Virus record (IMG/VR): IMGVR_UViG_3300036783_000169
Location: 1-38,850 of that record
Length of the DNA: 38,850 nucleotides
Direction: 5' to 3' (one strand)
Source: a virus
Lineage: Duplodnaviria; Caudoviricetes
Shown: in pieces, positions 1-7,555 of the stretch
Position numbering within the stretch: the stretch's first letter is position 1
How the letters are laid out: each line of letters opens with the position of its first letter
Program-made: the position numbers and the translations under genes
The notes under the pieces: model-generated
Databases searched by the model: none
The model's input: the letters and a program-made list of their open reading frames with translations, nothing else
What the model was told of the DNA's origin: nothing

Positions 1-102
1 GCCTCACGCTTGCCGTCATACGGCATACGCATAATCTCACCTCTCACGTTTCCGCGCGCGCCACCATGACGCGCGCGCTCATTCCTGGAATCTCGCCAGA
101 AA

Positions 103-255
103 TTCCAGCCTGCCCGATCCACGGGGAATCGGGCAGGCTGGAAACTCTCACGGGGACGCAGACGACGGCAACCCGGCCAGCATCGGATGCTGGCCGGGTT
201 GCCTGCCCAGACGACGGCAACGCCGACGCTCACGGGGAGCGCCGGCGTTGCCGTC
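103..255 (-). repeat. Three tandem long hairpins downstream of gene 262-657
   Basis: Inverted repeats 103-118/128-143 (16 bp), 167-184/186-203 (18 bp) and 213-231/237-255 (19 bp, one G.U on the minus strand). CACGGGGA is in two of the loops. Confidence 0.8.
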
Positions 256-261
256 AGGTGA

Positions 262-657
262 CTACTTGCCGTCGGCCTTAGGCGCAACGGGCACCTTCGG
301 CATGGTGGTCGCAATGAGCTGTCCGATGACACGGAAGTCATTGGCCGTCGTCGTGTTACCCATCTGCGCGGCCGTGTCCACGAATCCGAGCACTCGCCGG
401 ATCTCGGCACGGTACGCGTCGGCGTCGTCGGGGAATGCCCGATCAGCCTGCGTGAACGCGCGGACAATGGTGTGCAGAAACGCGTGAGCTGCGTTCGGCT
501 GCTCACCCTTGGCGGCCTTCTCAGCCTGCCGTGCGAGACGCTTGGCTTCCTTCTCGGCGTCCTTCCGCTCTTGGTCGGCCAGCAACTGAAGCGCCAGCGC
601 GACGCGCGCGTCTTCCGTGGCCTGCCCGTTGTCGGTGGTCGTGATGTTCTCAGCCAT
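262..657 (-). CDS. Hypothetical protein, 131 aa
   Basis: RBS TAAGGAG upstream of ATG; helical, charged sequence. Confidence 0.75.
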   Translation of the reverse strand: MAENITTTDNGQATEDARVALALQLLADQERKDAEKEAKRLARQAEKAAKGEQPNAAHAFLHTIVRAFTQADRAFPDDADAYRAEIRRVLGFVDTAAQMGNTTTANDFRVIGQLIATTMPKVPVAPKADGK

Positions 658-765
658 GATGATGGCTCCTTACCTGACGGCACCCTGCCGTCTGTCGGTA
701 CCTACTGCCATGCGATTGCACGACACGGCAACGCGCGTTTCCGCGCGCCACCGAATCAGGCAATG

Positions 766-1257
766 TCACTCGGGTACCCAATCGGGAAACGTGATCCTGA
801 CGCCACGAGCCGGCACGGGATCACGGGGAGCCGGCGCCGGCGCGTACTGGCCGGGGTTACGCAGGATCATCACGGGTGAGTGGCCGACACCGTCCAACGG
901 GTTGCCTGCCGTCTCGCCAGGTAGCGACACGACTCCGGAGGGACGGCACTCGGTACGTCCCCCGTTCATGGTGCTAGTCCAGTTCCACGTGCGACGGTGG
1001 ACGTCGATCCCTCCGCCACCATGCGGAGCCTGCCGGATCATCCGCGACCACTCGTCAAGTCGCCAGTAGGCGCGCTCCTCCGCGCGCCATACCTCGTATG
1101 GCCGTCCGCGGACGTCGTCTGGCCGTTGGTTGTCGGTATGGCGCGCGCGCCGTAGCGCCGTTTCCGAGATGACACGTAGCGCGAACGCTGTTGCCGTCTC
1201 GTCATCGGCAGCCGTGATGCGCGCACTGTCCGCAACGCTGGCCGTCATGCTGGTCAC
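766..1257 (-). CDS. Hypothetical protein
   Basis: GAAGGGAG/GGAG RBS before GTG; -10-like TATGAT at 1306-1311 on the minus strand. Confidence 0.6.
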   Translation of the reverse strand: MTSMTASVADSARITAADDETATAFALRVISETALRRARHTDNQRPDDVRGRPYEVWRAEERAYWRLDEWSRMIRQAPHGGGGIDVHRRTWNWTSTMNGGRTECRPSGVVSLPGETAGNPLDGVGHSPVMILRNPGQYAPAPAPRDPVPARGVRITFPDWVPE

Positions 1258-1305
1258 TGTCTCCACTCCCTTCGGGTTGATTGCTCTGAACTACGTTCTG
1301 ACTCA

Positions 1306-1322
1306 ATCATACACCATGAGAC
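1306..1322 (-). promoter_or_regulatory. Promoter GTCTCATGGTGTATGAT, copy 1
   Basis: 17 bp identical to 3042-3058; ends in -10-like TATGAT; both copies precede minus-strand genes. Confidence 0.65.
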
Positions 1323-1664
1323 GAAACCGCTGGTCACAGGCTTGCATCACTTGTTCGATAAAGGCTTGTGACCTGCCGAAACACAAGCGTGTAACTCGGT
1401 CTGTGACTGATGTGACAATCGGCAACCAGAGACGTCTCAAGTGACAACATGCCCTTGACCTGCGCAAACGCAGAAACCTCAATGTGTGCTGCGTCACACG
1501 TCAAGGGTGGACGACCATGCGAGCTCCGAGTGGCCGGCCATGCGCAATCCAGGAGGCACATGGACGACCATCTCCGACCCAGGCACCACGCAGCGTGACC
1601 AGCCTGCCAAATAACATCGTTGTGTTTACCCTGGTCACAGGCCAGCCGTTACCCTCTGTCAGCC

Positions 1665-1884
1665 GTTAGCCGCGCTAACTGTTAGCCGCGCTAATTAGCC
1701 GCCGTCAACGGAGCTCCGTTCGAACCGCGGACGCCGGCGCCGGCTTCGACCATGGACGACCATGCACGGGGTGGTTAGCCGCGCTAACGATTCCCCTCCT
1801 GGATGGTTAGGCCGGCTAACCATCCGCCACGTTTCCGCAGGTCAGGGGGTTGGTTGCTGGCCGGCAACCGTTAGCCGCGCTAAC
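1665..1884. repeat. Five palindromic GTTAGC-N3-GCTAAC sites, operator/iteron-like
   Basis: Copies at 1665, 1681 (variant), 1774, 1806 (variant) and 1870 in non-coding DNA. Confidence 0.8.
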
Positions 1885-1892
1885 GACTTAAT

Positions 1893-1942
1893 TCGAACGC
1901 TCGTTCTATCGAACACCAGTCCCAATTCGAGTAGGTGTTCGA
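1893..1942. promoter_or_regulatory. Three tandem LexA/SOS-box-like sites
   Basis: TCGAAC-GCTC-GTTCTA, TCGAAC-ACCA-GTCCCA and TCGAGT-AGGT-GTTCGA versus the actinobacterial consensus TCGAAC-N4-GTTCGA. Confidence 0.55.
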
Positions 1943-2131
1943 ATTTTTGAGCTGGCCATAGCGCGGACGGTTCTTGCTCGTAAATCTCTCCCCGCGTGGA
2001 AAAACCAGGGCGACGCTGCGGCTGGTGCGGCTGGACGCAGCGCTGCGGCTGGACGTCGTGGACGTGGCGTCGCGTCGGGACGCAGGACGAACGCGGGACG
2101 CGGTCGGATGTTTGCGTCCCGCGTCCCGCGT

Positions 2132-2226
2132 GCGCCGTAGTTCGTGTGGGCTACTGTGAGCCGTGGCCATCTTGGGCGCGCGCCGTAACTCGTCTGGGCT
2201 TTTCAGCCGTCACCTGCTTGGGCGCG
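2132..2226 (-). ncRNA. Two TIGR-like guide units (AGCAGGTG/GACGAGTT; AGATGGCC/CACGAACT)
   Basis: Four GCCCA-N8-ACGGC motifs with closing stems and a GAAA-capped loop hairpin; overlaps the stop codon of 2203-3006. Confidence 0.85.
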
Positions 2227-3006
2227 TTGCCGGATGGTGAGCTGTATTTCGGTGGCTCCGGGGAGCTGGCGTCGTAGTTTTTCGAGTTCGATGCCGAGGG
2301 CGACGCCGGGGCCGGCGGCGAACTGGTCGATGAGTTGGAGGGTGAGGACGACGGTGACTTGGGTGATGTCGCCGGGTGGGGTGACGGGTCCGTGGTCGTA
2401 GTCGTATGCCTCTGTGGTGGTGGGCGTGCCGCCGTTGTGACCGTGGGCTTCTGGTGCCGTCTCCGCATTGGGCGGCTGGCCTTGGAGTTCCTGGCCGAGC
2501 GTGTCCATCAGTTCCTGGCCGAGTGCGACCATCTCGCGCCATGCCTGGTCGCGTCCGGGTGAGTTGGCGGGGAGTTGCGTTGGGTGCTCTGCGGCGGTCA
2601 GCTCGTTGTCGCCGGGGCAGGTTTCTTGGTCGCGTCGGCGTTGTTCGCGGTCGCGTGCTGCTTGCTGTCTCGGGTTGGGCTGGGTGGGGGCTGGTTCTGT
2701 TACATCTGTAACACCGTTGCCGGTGTTGCGGATGTCTCGCATGACGGTGGGGGGGGAGCTTCCGGTGGCCTGGGCGATTTTGCGGTAGGTCATGCCGGTG
2801 GTGTGGAGGAGCTGGTGGATTTCGCGTCGGCGCGGGGCGGAGAAGCGGTCGGGGCCGAATTCTGCTTGTGCCCATCCGTCGACGCTGCGGTAGCCGAGGA
2901 CTTTCCAATCCTGTTCTTCGACGGCTTGGGCGTAGAGGACCGCGGTTTGCTGGAGTCCGAGGCGGATGTGTTCGGCGCGTTCGGCGGCGAGCTGCTTGGT
3001 GGTCAT
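2203..3006 (-). CDS. HTH DNA-binding protein, 267 aa
   Basis: GMTYRKIAQATGSSPPTVMRDIR is a typical helix-turn-helix; promoter at 3042-3058. Confidence 0.8.
   Translation of the reverse strand: MTTKQLAAERAEHIRLGLQQTAVLYAQAVEEQDWKVLGYRSVDGWAQAEFGPDRFSAPRRREIHQLLHTTGMTYRKIAQATGSSPPTVMRDIRNTGNGVTDVTEPAPTQPNPRQQAARDREQRRRDQETCPGDNELTAAEHPTQLPANSPGRDQAWREMVALGQELMDTLGQELQGQPPNAETAPEAHGHNGGTPTTTEAYDYDHGPVTPPGDITQVTVVLTLQLIDQFAAGPGVALGIELEKLRRQLPGATEIQLTIRQRAQAGDG
2428..2476 (-). ncRNA. TIGR-like unit inside the HTH gene (ATGCGGAG/CGGTCACA)
   Basis: GCCGCC-CA-N8-ACGGC-accagaa-GCCCA-N8-ACGGCGGC with a perfect 6-bp closing stem. Confidence 0.8.
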
Positions 3007-3041
3007 TAACTTGAACCGTTCAGGTGTGGATGGTACCTTCC

Positions 3042-3058
3042 ATCATACACCATGAGAC
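3042..3058 (-). promoter_or_regulatory. Promoter GTCTCATGGTGTATGAT, copy 2
   Basis: Identical to 1306-1322. Confidence 0.65.
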
Positions 3059-3361
3059 TGAAGCCTGACCTGGGGTTATGCACCTCCGAGGGTGACCGGC
3101 GAGCTGGGCAGGCAAGGCTGTGACCAGGCCCGATGCGACCAGCGCGCTTCTAAGGCGACCGGCCCGGGGGGGTTACCCCGGTACGGCCGTGGCCGGGTTA
3201 GGCGCTCTGGGGCCAGCTCACGAGCTCTCTTTGACGGGTGCTCCCGGACGCTCCTGGACGACCGGGGGCCGGTAACGGCGAGTAGCCGGGTCTTGACGTA
3301 CCGCCGTGCCCTGTGCGAGCGTGGCCGGGAACGCGCCGGCTAACACGGGAAAGGGATAACC

Positions 3362-3475
3362 ATGAAGCTAACCAAGGCAGGCATCGTCACCGCGCTGGTC
3401 GCGCTGGCCCTGGCCGCCGCGCAGCTGGCCGCCCACGCCGCCACGATGGCCCCCCGCTTCTACTACCGCGGCTAG
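3362..3475 (+). CDS. 37-aa secreted peptide MKLTKAGIVTALVALALAAAQLAAHAATMAPRFYYRG
   Basis: Not in the ORF track. GGGAAAGGGA RBS; basic N-region, hydrophobic core, AHA cleavage motif, short mature tail. Confidence 0.7.
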   Translation: MKLTKAGIVTALVALALAAAQLAAHAATMAPRFYYRG

Positions 3476-3490
3476 GGTGTGGCCCTCTGG

Positions 3491-3649
3491 TTAGTACCAG
3501 TAGCGGCGGCCGCCGACGGGCCCGTGGAAGTGGCCGAGCGCGAGCAGGGCCACGCCGAGGACCAGGATGATGATCCCGATGGTGACCAGGACCGACAGGG
3601 CGGGGACGACGACGCCGATGACGATGAGGATGAGACCGAGCAGGATCAT
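3491..3649 (-). CDS. 52-aa two-TM membrane protein, DUF6131-like
   Basis: MILLGLILIVIG...HGPVGGRRYWY. The C-terminal VGGRR[HY]xY resembles this actinobacterial family (from recall). Confidence 0.7.
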   Translation of the reverse strand: MILLGLILIVIGVVVPALSVLVTIGIIILVLGVALLALGHFHGPVGGRRYWY

Positions 3650-3661
3650 GGTGGTGTTTCC

Positions 3662-3838
3662 CTAGCTGAACAGGAGCGCGAACGAGACGAGCGCGGCCCC
3701 GGCTGCGACGAAGCTGGCCCACACGTTGCGGGGTTCGACGACCCAGGCGAGGACGGCTGCGACGGCGAAGAGGATAGCGGCGATCAGGATGAGCACGCCG
3801 TGCGCACCGCTGACCGTGAAGCTGGATGCGAGGTTCAC
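3662..3838 (-). CDS. 58-aa two-TM membrane protein
   Basis: Two hydrophobic helices; tandem with 3491-3649. Confidence 0.6.
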   Translation of the reverse strand: MNLASSFTVSGAHGVLILIAAILFAVAAVLAWVVEPRNVWASFVAAGAALVSFALLFS

Positions 3839-3997
3839 GGTCGTCGTCGTACCCTGCGGGCGGTTTCTAATCCTTGACCCTTGCTGTCTCCGGGCGTACG
3901 CTTCGGATCAGCGGATACCCGGCGGATAGAAGTCCGTGGTGCGGGTTCACCTTCCAGGGCAACGTACTGGGCCTCATGCCTATGCCCAGGGAGTGAC

Positions 3998-4258
3998 ATG
4001 GAAGACCGCTGGAACCCGCCCCGCCGCAAAGGTGAATACGTGCTGGCTGCAATGCACGGAGCCAGCCAGAGCCACGGTGTCGAAGTACCGCGTGCTGATG
4101 AGCCGCCGCCAGAAAATACGGCGACTGATCCCGACACCCCTGAAGGCCGCAGCTTCATCGAGAGCCAGTCCCCCGAAGAACCGATGCAGCGACCCTCCGC
4201 AGCATGGGTAACCCTCATCACGATGAGGGGGAGTGGATTCCGTGATTCGCATGCGTGA
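3998..4258 (+). CDS. Possible hypothetical protein
   Basis: GGGAG RBS before ATG 3998; no motif. Confidence 0.3.
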   Translation: MEDRWNPPRRKGEYVLAAMHGASQSHGVEVPRADEPPPENTATDPDTPEGRSFIESQSPEEPMQRPSAAWVTLITMRGSGFRDSHA

Positions 4259-4399
4259 GGACTTCGACGTGATCTGGCCTGACGGGGACCCGGTCATCGT
4301 CCGCAGGTACCGTCCGCGGCCCGTGCGCATCCCGATCCCGCGGCCACGTAACCCAGACAATCACGGCACGGCAACGGACTGCATGGTACGCTGACAGTC

Positions 4400-4828
4400 A
4401 TGGTAGCGCTCTCCGACATCGCCCGGTGGTGTTACAAGAACCCCGGCATCATCGACCCTGTACGTCTATCCGAAGAGACCGGTTATGACCGGCGTACCTG
4501 CGGCGCGGCCCTCGCCAACCTGTGCGCACTGCAACCCAGGATCTGCGAGCGCGTCGGCCGCGGTGTCTACCTGATCCGCCCGCCCGAGCTCGTCCCCGAA
4601 CCGGAGGCATCCATGTCAGCACCCACGTCGGCACCGGAACCGGCGCAGCTCCCGTTCGACAACCACGACGGGGAGTTCACCGAGATCATTCCTGATGATG
4701 AGGACTTGTATCCGCCGTTCAAGATCCTGATCTACGATCACTGGCGCTCCAAGCGCGGCGAGACCTGGTACCGGGTCAAGGATGAGCACGGCAAGCGGGG
4801 CGTGTTCCGGTGGATCGATGACGAATGA
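4400..4828 (+). CDS. Winged-HTH-like DNA-binding protein
   Basis: Leaderless (TACGCT 7 nt before ATG); LSEETGYDRRTCGAALANL...ERVGRGVY. Confidence 0.7.
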   Translation: MVALSDIARWCYKNPGIIDPVRLSEETGYDRRTCGAALANLCALQPRICERVGRGVYLIRPPELVPEPEASMSAPTSAPEPAQLPFDNHDGEFTEIIPDDEDLYPPFKILIYDHWRSKRGETWYRVKDEHGKRGVFRWIDDE

Positions 4829-4842
4829 CCGGCGTTACAGTT

Positions 4843-5154
4843 TTACCCGTCGGTGATGCCCCATTCGGTCATCCACTCGCGGACGCCGCGGAGCAGCTCC
4901 CCGGACGCCTCGGCTTCCCCGAGGGTGCGGAGCCGCCGGGCGAACCAGTCGTCGTCGCGGTCGACGCCGGCCAGGTCGGCGAGGACCTGGATCAGCAGCG
5001 GCACCAGGTCCACGCTGATCCCGTCGAACAGCCGCCAGTAGTCGGCGCGGTGGCCGTCGCGGCGGGCGCGGGCCATCGTCAGCGCGAGACGCACGGTGTC
5101 GGCCCACCGGGCGGCTTCGTCTGCCGCGGTGATCTTCCGCGGCGGCACGGTCAC
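4843..5154 (-). CDS. Hypothetical protein
   Basis: GTG overlaps the TGA of 5151-5297; typical codon usage. Confidence 0.6.
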   Translation of the reverse strand: MTVPPRKITAADEAARWADTVRLALTMARARRDGHRADYWRLFDGISVDLVPLLIQVLADLAGVDRDDDWFARRLRTLGEAEASGELLRGVREWMTEWGITDG

Positions 5155-5297
5155 TTCGTCCTGGTCTGGTAGTTGGGGCATTTCCAGTGGCACCCGCGGT
5201 TGTGCTGCTCGCAGTGCCGCCGCCGGCCGCGGCGCTGCTGGCGGGCTTTGAGGCAGATCTGGCAGACGCACCCGCAGTGGGACTTGTCGCAGCTCAC
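5151..5297 (-). CDS. 48-aa Cys/His-rich protein
   Basis: MSCDKSHCGCVCQICLK...HCEQHNRGCHWKC; coupled to its neighbours. Confidence 0.55.
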   Translation of the reverse strand: MSCDKSHCGCVCQICLKARQQRRGRRRHCEQHNRGCHWKCPNYQTRTK

Positions 5298-5301
5298 CGG
5301 G

Positions 5302-5460
5302 TCACCGTATCTCGTAGCGGCACCAGCAGATGTGGTTGCCGTCGTGGCCGGGTTTGAGCATGCACCGGTGGAGGTGGCCGCCGTCTGGTTTCGGCGCTTC
5401 GGGGGGTGTCCAGGTGATGCGCCCGGTGCCGCCTCGCCATGTTTTCCCGCAACGCCTCAT
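5302..5460 (-). CDS. 52-aa Cys/His protein, leaderless
   Basis: TATGAT 6 nt upstream of ATG 5460; CxLxxGHxGxH motif. Confidence 0.6.
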   Translation of the reverse strand: MRRCGKTWRGGTGRITWTPPEAPKPDGGHLHRCMLKPGHDGNHICWCRYEIR

Positions 5461-5585
5461 TGCAGTATCATAGTGTATGCGGTAGGGTGGTGGTGGATGG
5501 TCACCCCTGCTGGGCGGCCCGGGTAAGCCGTAACGCGCACCAGGGCCCAGAGGCACCAGCTCGGAGGTCTGTCTCTGGTGGATGG

Positions 5586-5621
5586 GACAGCCCCCGCTCC
5601 CCTCGGAGAGCGGGGGCTGTC
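5586..5621. terminator. 14-bp GC hairpin
   Basis: GACAGCCCCCGCTC/GAGCGGGGGCTGTC. Confidence 0.65.
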
Positions 5622-5722
5622 TTGCGGCCTGCTTCACCCGCACGGCATCCGCCTCACGGCGTACCGAGATTCCGGTTACCTTCCGTATCTAGTTAGTGGA
5701 CGCGTACCAGGCCGCACGCTAT

Positions 5723-5766
5723 GGCCGTTATACTCTTGGGCCACCTGGCCGTTGAAAGGGTGAGCC
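5723..5766 (-). ncRNA. Stand-alone TIGR-like unit (CCCTTTCA/AGAGTATA)
   Basis: GGCTCA-N8-ACGGCCA-gg-TGGCCCA-N8-ACGGCC; TATATT -10 at 5781-5786. Confidence 0.8.
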
Positions 5767-5818
5767 TTCACGTAAGGCATAATATACCCCATTCTGTCTC
5801 TTGCTGTATAGTGGAGAC

Positions 5819-6022
5819 ATGAACTTGCAGACAATCGTTGCTATCGCGGCCGTCGTCATGCTCGCCGTGCTCGGCCACTCGATCTGGCACACGGAACTCG
5901 TCGCGGTCGCCGGTTTCTTCGTCAATATCTTCACCGGCGCGCACGTCACAGGCTTACAGAGGTTTACGGGGGTTTACGGCGGATGCTCGGACTCTGGCTC
6001 GCCATCGGCGGGTTCTGGCTGA
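5819..6022 (+). CDS. Small membrane protein, leaderless
   Basis: TATAGT -10 just upstream; hydrophobic N-terminus. Confidence 0.55.
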   Translation: MNLQTIVAIAAVVMLAVLGHSIWHTELVAVAGFFVNIFTGAHVTGLQRFTGVYGGCSDSGSPSAGSG

Positions 6023-6072
6023 CTCTCATGGTCATCGCGTGGATCTACGTGATCTGGCGGCGCGACCAGTGA
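5983..6072 (+). CDS. 29-aa single-TM peptide
   Basis: MLGLWLAIGGFWLTLMVIAWIYVIWRRDQ; GTGA overlap with the next gene. Confidence 0.45.
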   Translation: MLGLWLAIGGFWLTLMVIAWIYVIWRRDQ

Positions 6073-6212
6073 GCAAGGTCAAAGTGCTCTGCCCCCGCTG
6101 CCTCGGCACCGGGGAAACATGGAAGAGCATCATGCTGCGGAGGAAGCGGAACAAGGTCACCTGCCCGCAGTGCAAGGGGAAGAAGTACCTGTGGGTCAGC
6201 AAGCCGACGTAG
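6069..6212 (+). CDS. DnaJ-type Zn-finger mini-protein
   Basis: CPRCLGTG and CPQCKGKK. Confidence 0.65.
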   Translation: MSKVKVLCPRCLGTGETWKSIMLRRKRNKVTCPQCKGKKYLWVSKPT

Positions 6213-6343
6213 GAGACTGGCGGGATGTCCCGTTTCCCCCGGAGCTGCCACGGACCCTCGAAGAGCAGATCAACGATCTTGTCCTCGTGAACGCCCAGCT
6301 GCGGGAGAAACTAGCCCGGTACGGATGGAAGGACGAAGGGTAA
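6191..6343 (+). CDS. Small hypothetical protein
   Basis: Coiled-coil-like; abuts ATG 6344. Confidence 0.45.
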   Translation: MGQQADVGDWRDVPFPPELPRTLEEQINDLVLVNAQLREKLARYGWKDEG

Positions 6344-6694
6344 ATGCTGCTGATCAGGATGCCGGACAGCGGGGAACGGCGGCAGCGGGAACGGCGGCGC
6401 AGGCAGCGGGCGCTGCTGTACCTCGTGCCGTGCCCGATCATCCTCACGGCGGTGTTCATCGCCCCGAACTGGTGGCTGAGGACGGCCGCGATCGTGGTTG
6501 AGGCGTGGTGGATATGGGCGTGCCGCACTGACCCGCGTATCCGGTTACGGTTCGCGGGCGGTCTCGCGGTCGAGCTGGCCGATCAGCTCAGCGGTGCACA
6601 TGCAGCAGAGCCGCCAGTGGCGGCGTGCGCCGTCGACGGTGAAAGAGTGACCGCAGACCATGGGCTGACTGCACATCGCGCACATTTCCACTGA
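6344..6694 (+). CDS. Membrane protein (3' part overlaps an antisense ORF)
   Basis: Arg patch followed by two hydrophobic segments. Confidence 0.45.
   Translation: MLLIRMPDSGERRQRERRRRQRALLYLVPCPIILTAVFIAPNWWLRTAAIVVEAWWIWACRTDPRIRLRFAGGLAVELADQLSGAHAAEPPVAACAVDGERVTADHGLTAHRAHFH
6545..6691 (-). CDS. 48-aa CxxC...CxxC protein
   Basis: GGGAGG RBS and TATGAT upstream; CAMC...CCMC. Confidence 0.5.
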   Translation of the reverse strand: MEMCAMCSQPMVCGHSFTVDGARRHWRLCCMCTAELIGQLDRETAREP

Positions 6695-6712
6695 CTCACC
6701 CTCCCACTTTCC

Positions 6713-6741
6713 GTATCATAGGGTATCATAGGGGGTATGAC
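6713..6741. promoter_or_regulatory. Bidirectional -10 (TATCAT/TATGAT); leaderless promoter of the tas operon
   Basis: GTATCATAG twice; 6723-6741 is 18/19 identical to 13862-13880. Confidence 0.65.
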
Positions 6742-7174
6742 TCGGCACTCAATATCCACCTATGTGCGTGAGCAGTTCTTCGCCGGCGTCCACGACCCCG
6801 AAGAAATCGCCCGGCGCTACCTCACCGACGCGCTCGAAGCGGACGACCCCGACGCGTGGCTCCTCCCCGCCATCCGCCACAGTGTCGGCGCGAGCTTCTC
6901 GTCCATCCAGGCCGCTGTCCGCGGGACCCAACCAAGTAACGGCACCGCCCAAGACGCAAGCGGTCCCGCGCGGCAGCGCCATAACGAGGGGTACGTGTAC
7001 AACCCAGACACCCGCGAATGGATTCCGCTCGGGAAGGCCACCATCAGCGACTTCACCGCCGCGATCCGGTGGCACGAGAAGATGATCGAAGGGCACCACG
7101 CCACGATTGACGAGTACCGGACGTACATCAAGAAGATACGGGAAGCGGGTGTCACATGCCTTGACGAGACGTGA
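6737..7174 (+). CDS. Hypothetical protein, first gene of the tas operon
   Basis: Leaderless ATG; carries an in-frame guide unit. Confidence 0.8.
   Translation: MTRHSISTYVREQFFAGVHDPEEIARRYLTDALEADDPDAWLLPAIRHSVGASFSSIQAAVRGTQPSNGTAQDASGPARQRHNEGYVYNPDTREWIPLGKATISDFTAAIRWHEKMIEGHHATIDEYRTYIKKIREAGVTCLDET
6920..6970 (+). ncRNA. TIGR-like unit inside CDS (ACCAAGTA/AGACGCAA)
   Basis: Perfect 9-bp stem CGCGGGACC/GGTCCCGCG around two CCA-N8-RCGG motifs. Confidence 0.8.
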
Positions 7175-7532
7175 GCGGGGCCCACCGCACTAACGGCCCC
7201 CTGCGGGCTCACAAATGCTACGGCCCCGCCCACGGACGGTACGGACCCATGGTGGTCTCAAGCCACACACGGCGGGGCCCATTGCGGATACGGCGCAAGC
7301 CCACGGTTCAAACGGCCCAGAAGCAACACGGCGCAAGCCCAGGGTTCCAACGGCCGCCCAGACCACCAGCGGCTTCACGGAAGCTCACACCAGTAACGGC
7401 GGTACGGCCCAATGGCGCAACGGCACACAGATGCCCATGGATGTCACGGCCACTCCCGCCCAGGCTACAGACGGCCAGGCCGCCCAGTGTTGCTGCGGCC
7501 AACTGGCTCATACCGGGTGCGGCGGGCTGGCC
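7175..7532 (+). ncRNA. TIGR-like array 1: 7 dual-spacer units plus 1 single spacer
   Basis: 15 consecutive YCA-N8-RCGG motifs with unique spacers; loop hairpins (e.g. GGC-GCAA-GCC) alternate with edge stems. Confidence 0.92.
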
Positions 7533-7555
7533 AGACGGAAAGGAAACGAAGGACA

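Noticed and set aside
1950-1967. 14/18 match to AGATGGCC/CACGAGCT
   Set aside because: Chance-level similarity.
1944-2008. cos/pac site
   Set aside because: Only a vague resemblance to actinophage end regions; needs read-terminus data.
3011-3031. Possible target of array-1 unit TTGCGGAT/CGGTTCAA in the HTH gene leader
   Set aside because: 14/16 with a 5-nt gap; about chance level given the number of guides and geometries tried.
4352-4378. CCCA-GACAATC-ACGGC guide-like motif
   Set aside because: 7-nt spacing, no partner half, no closing stem.
7412-7555. N-terminal extensions in the ORF track (7412, also 8458, 9567, 13552)
   Set aside because: They run through guide arrays or promoters; better starts are at 7556, 8755, 9639 and 13876.
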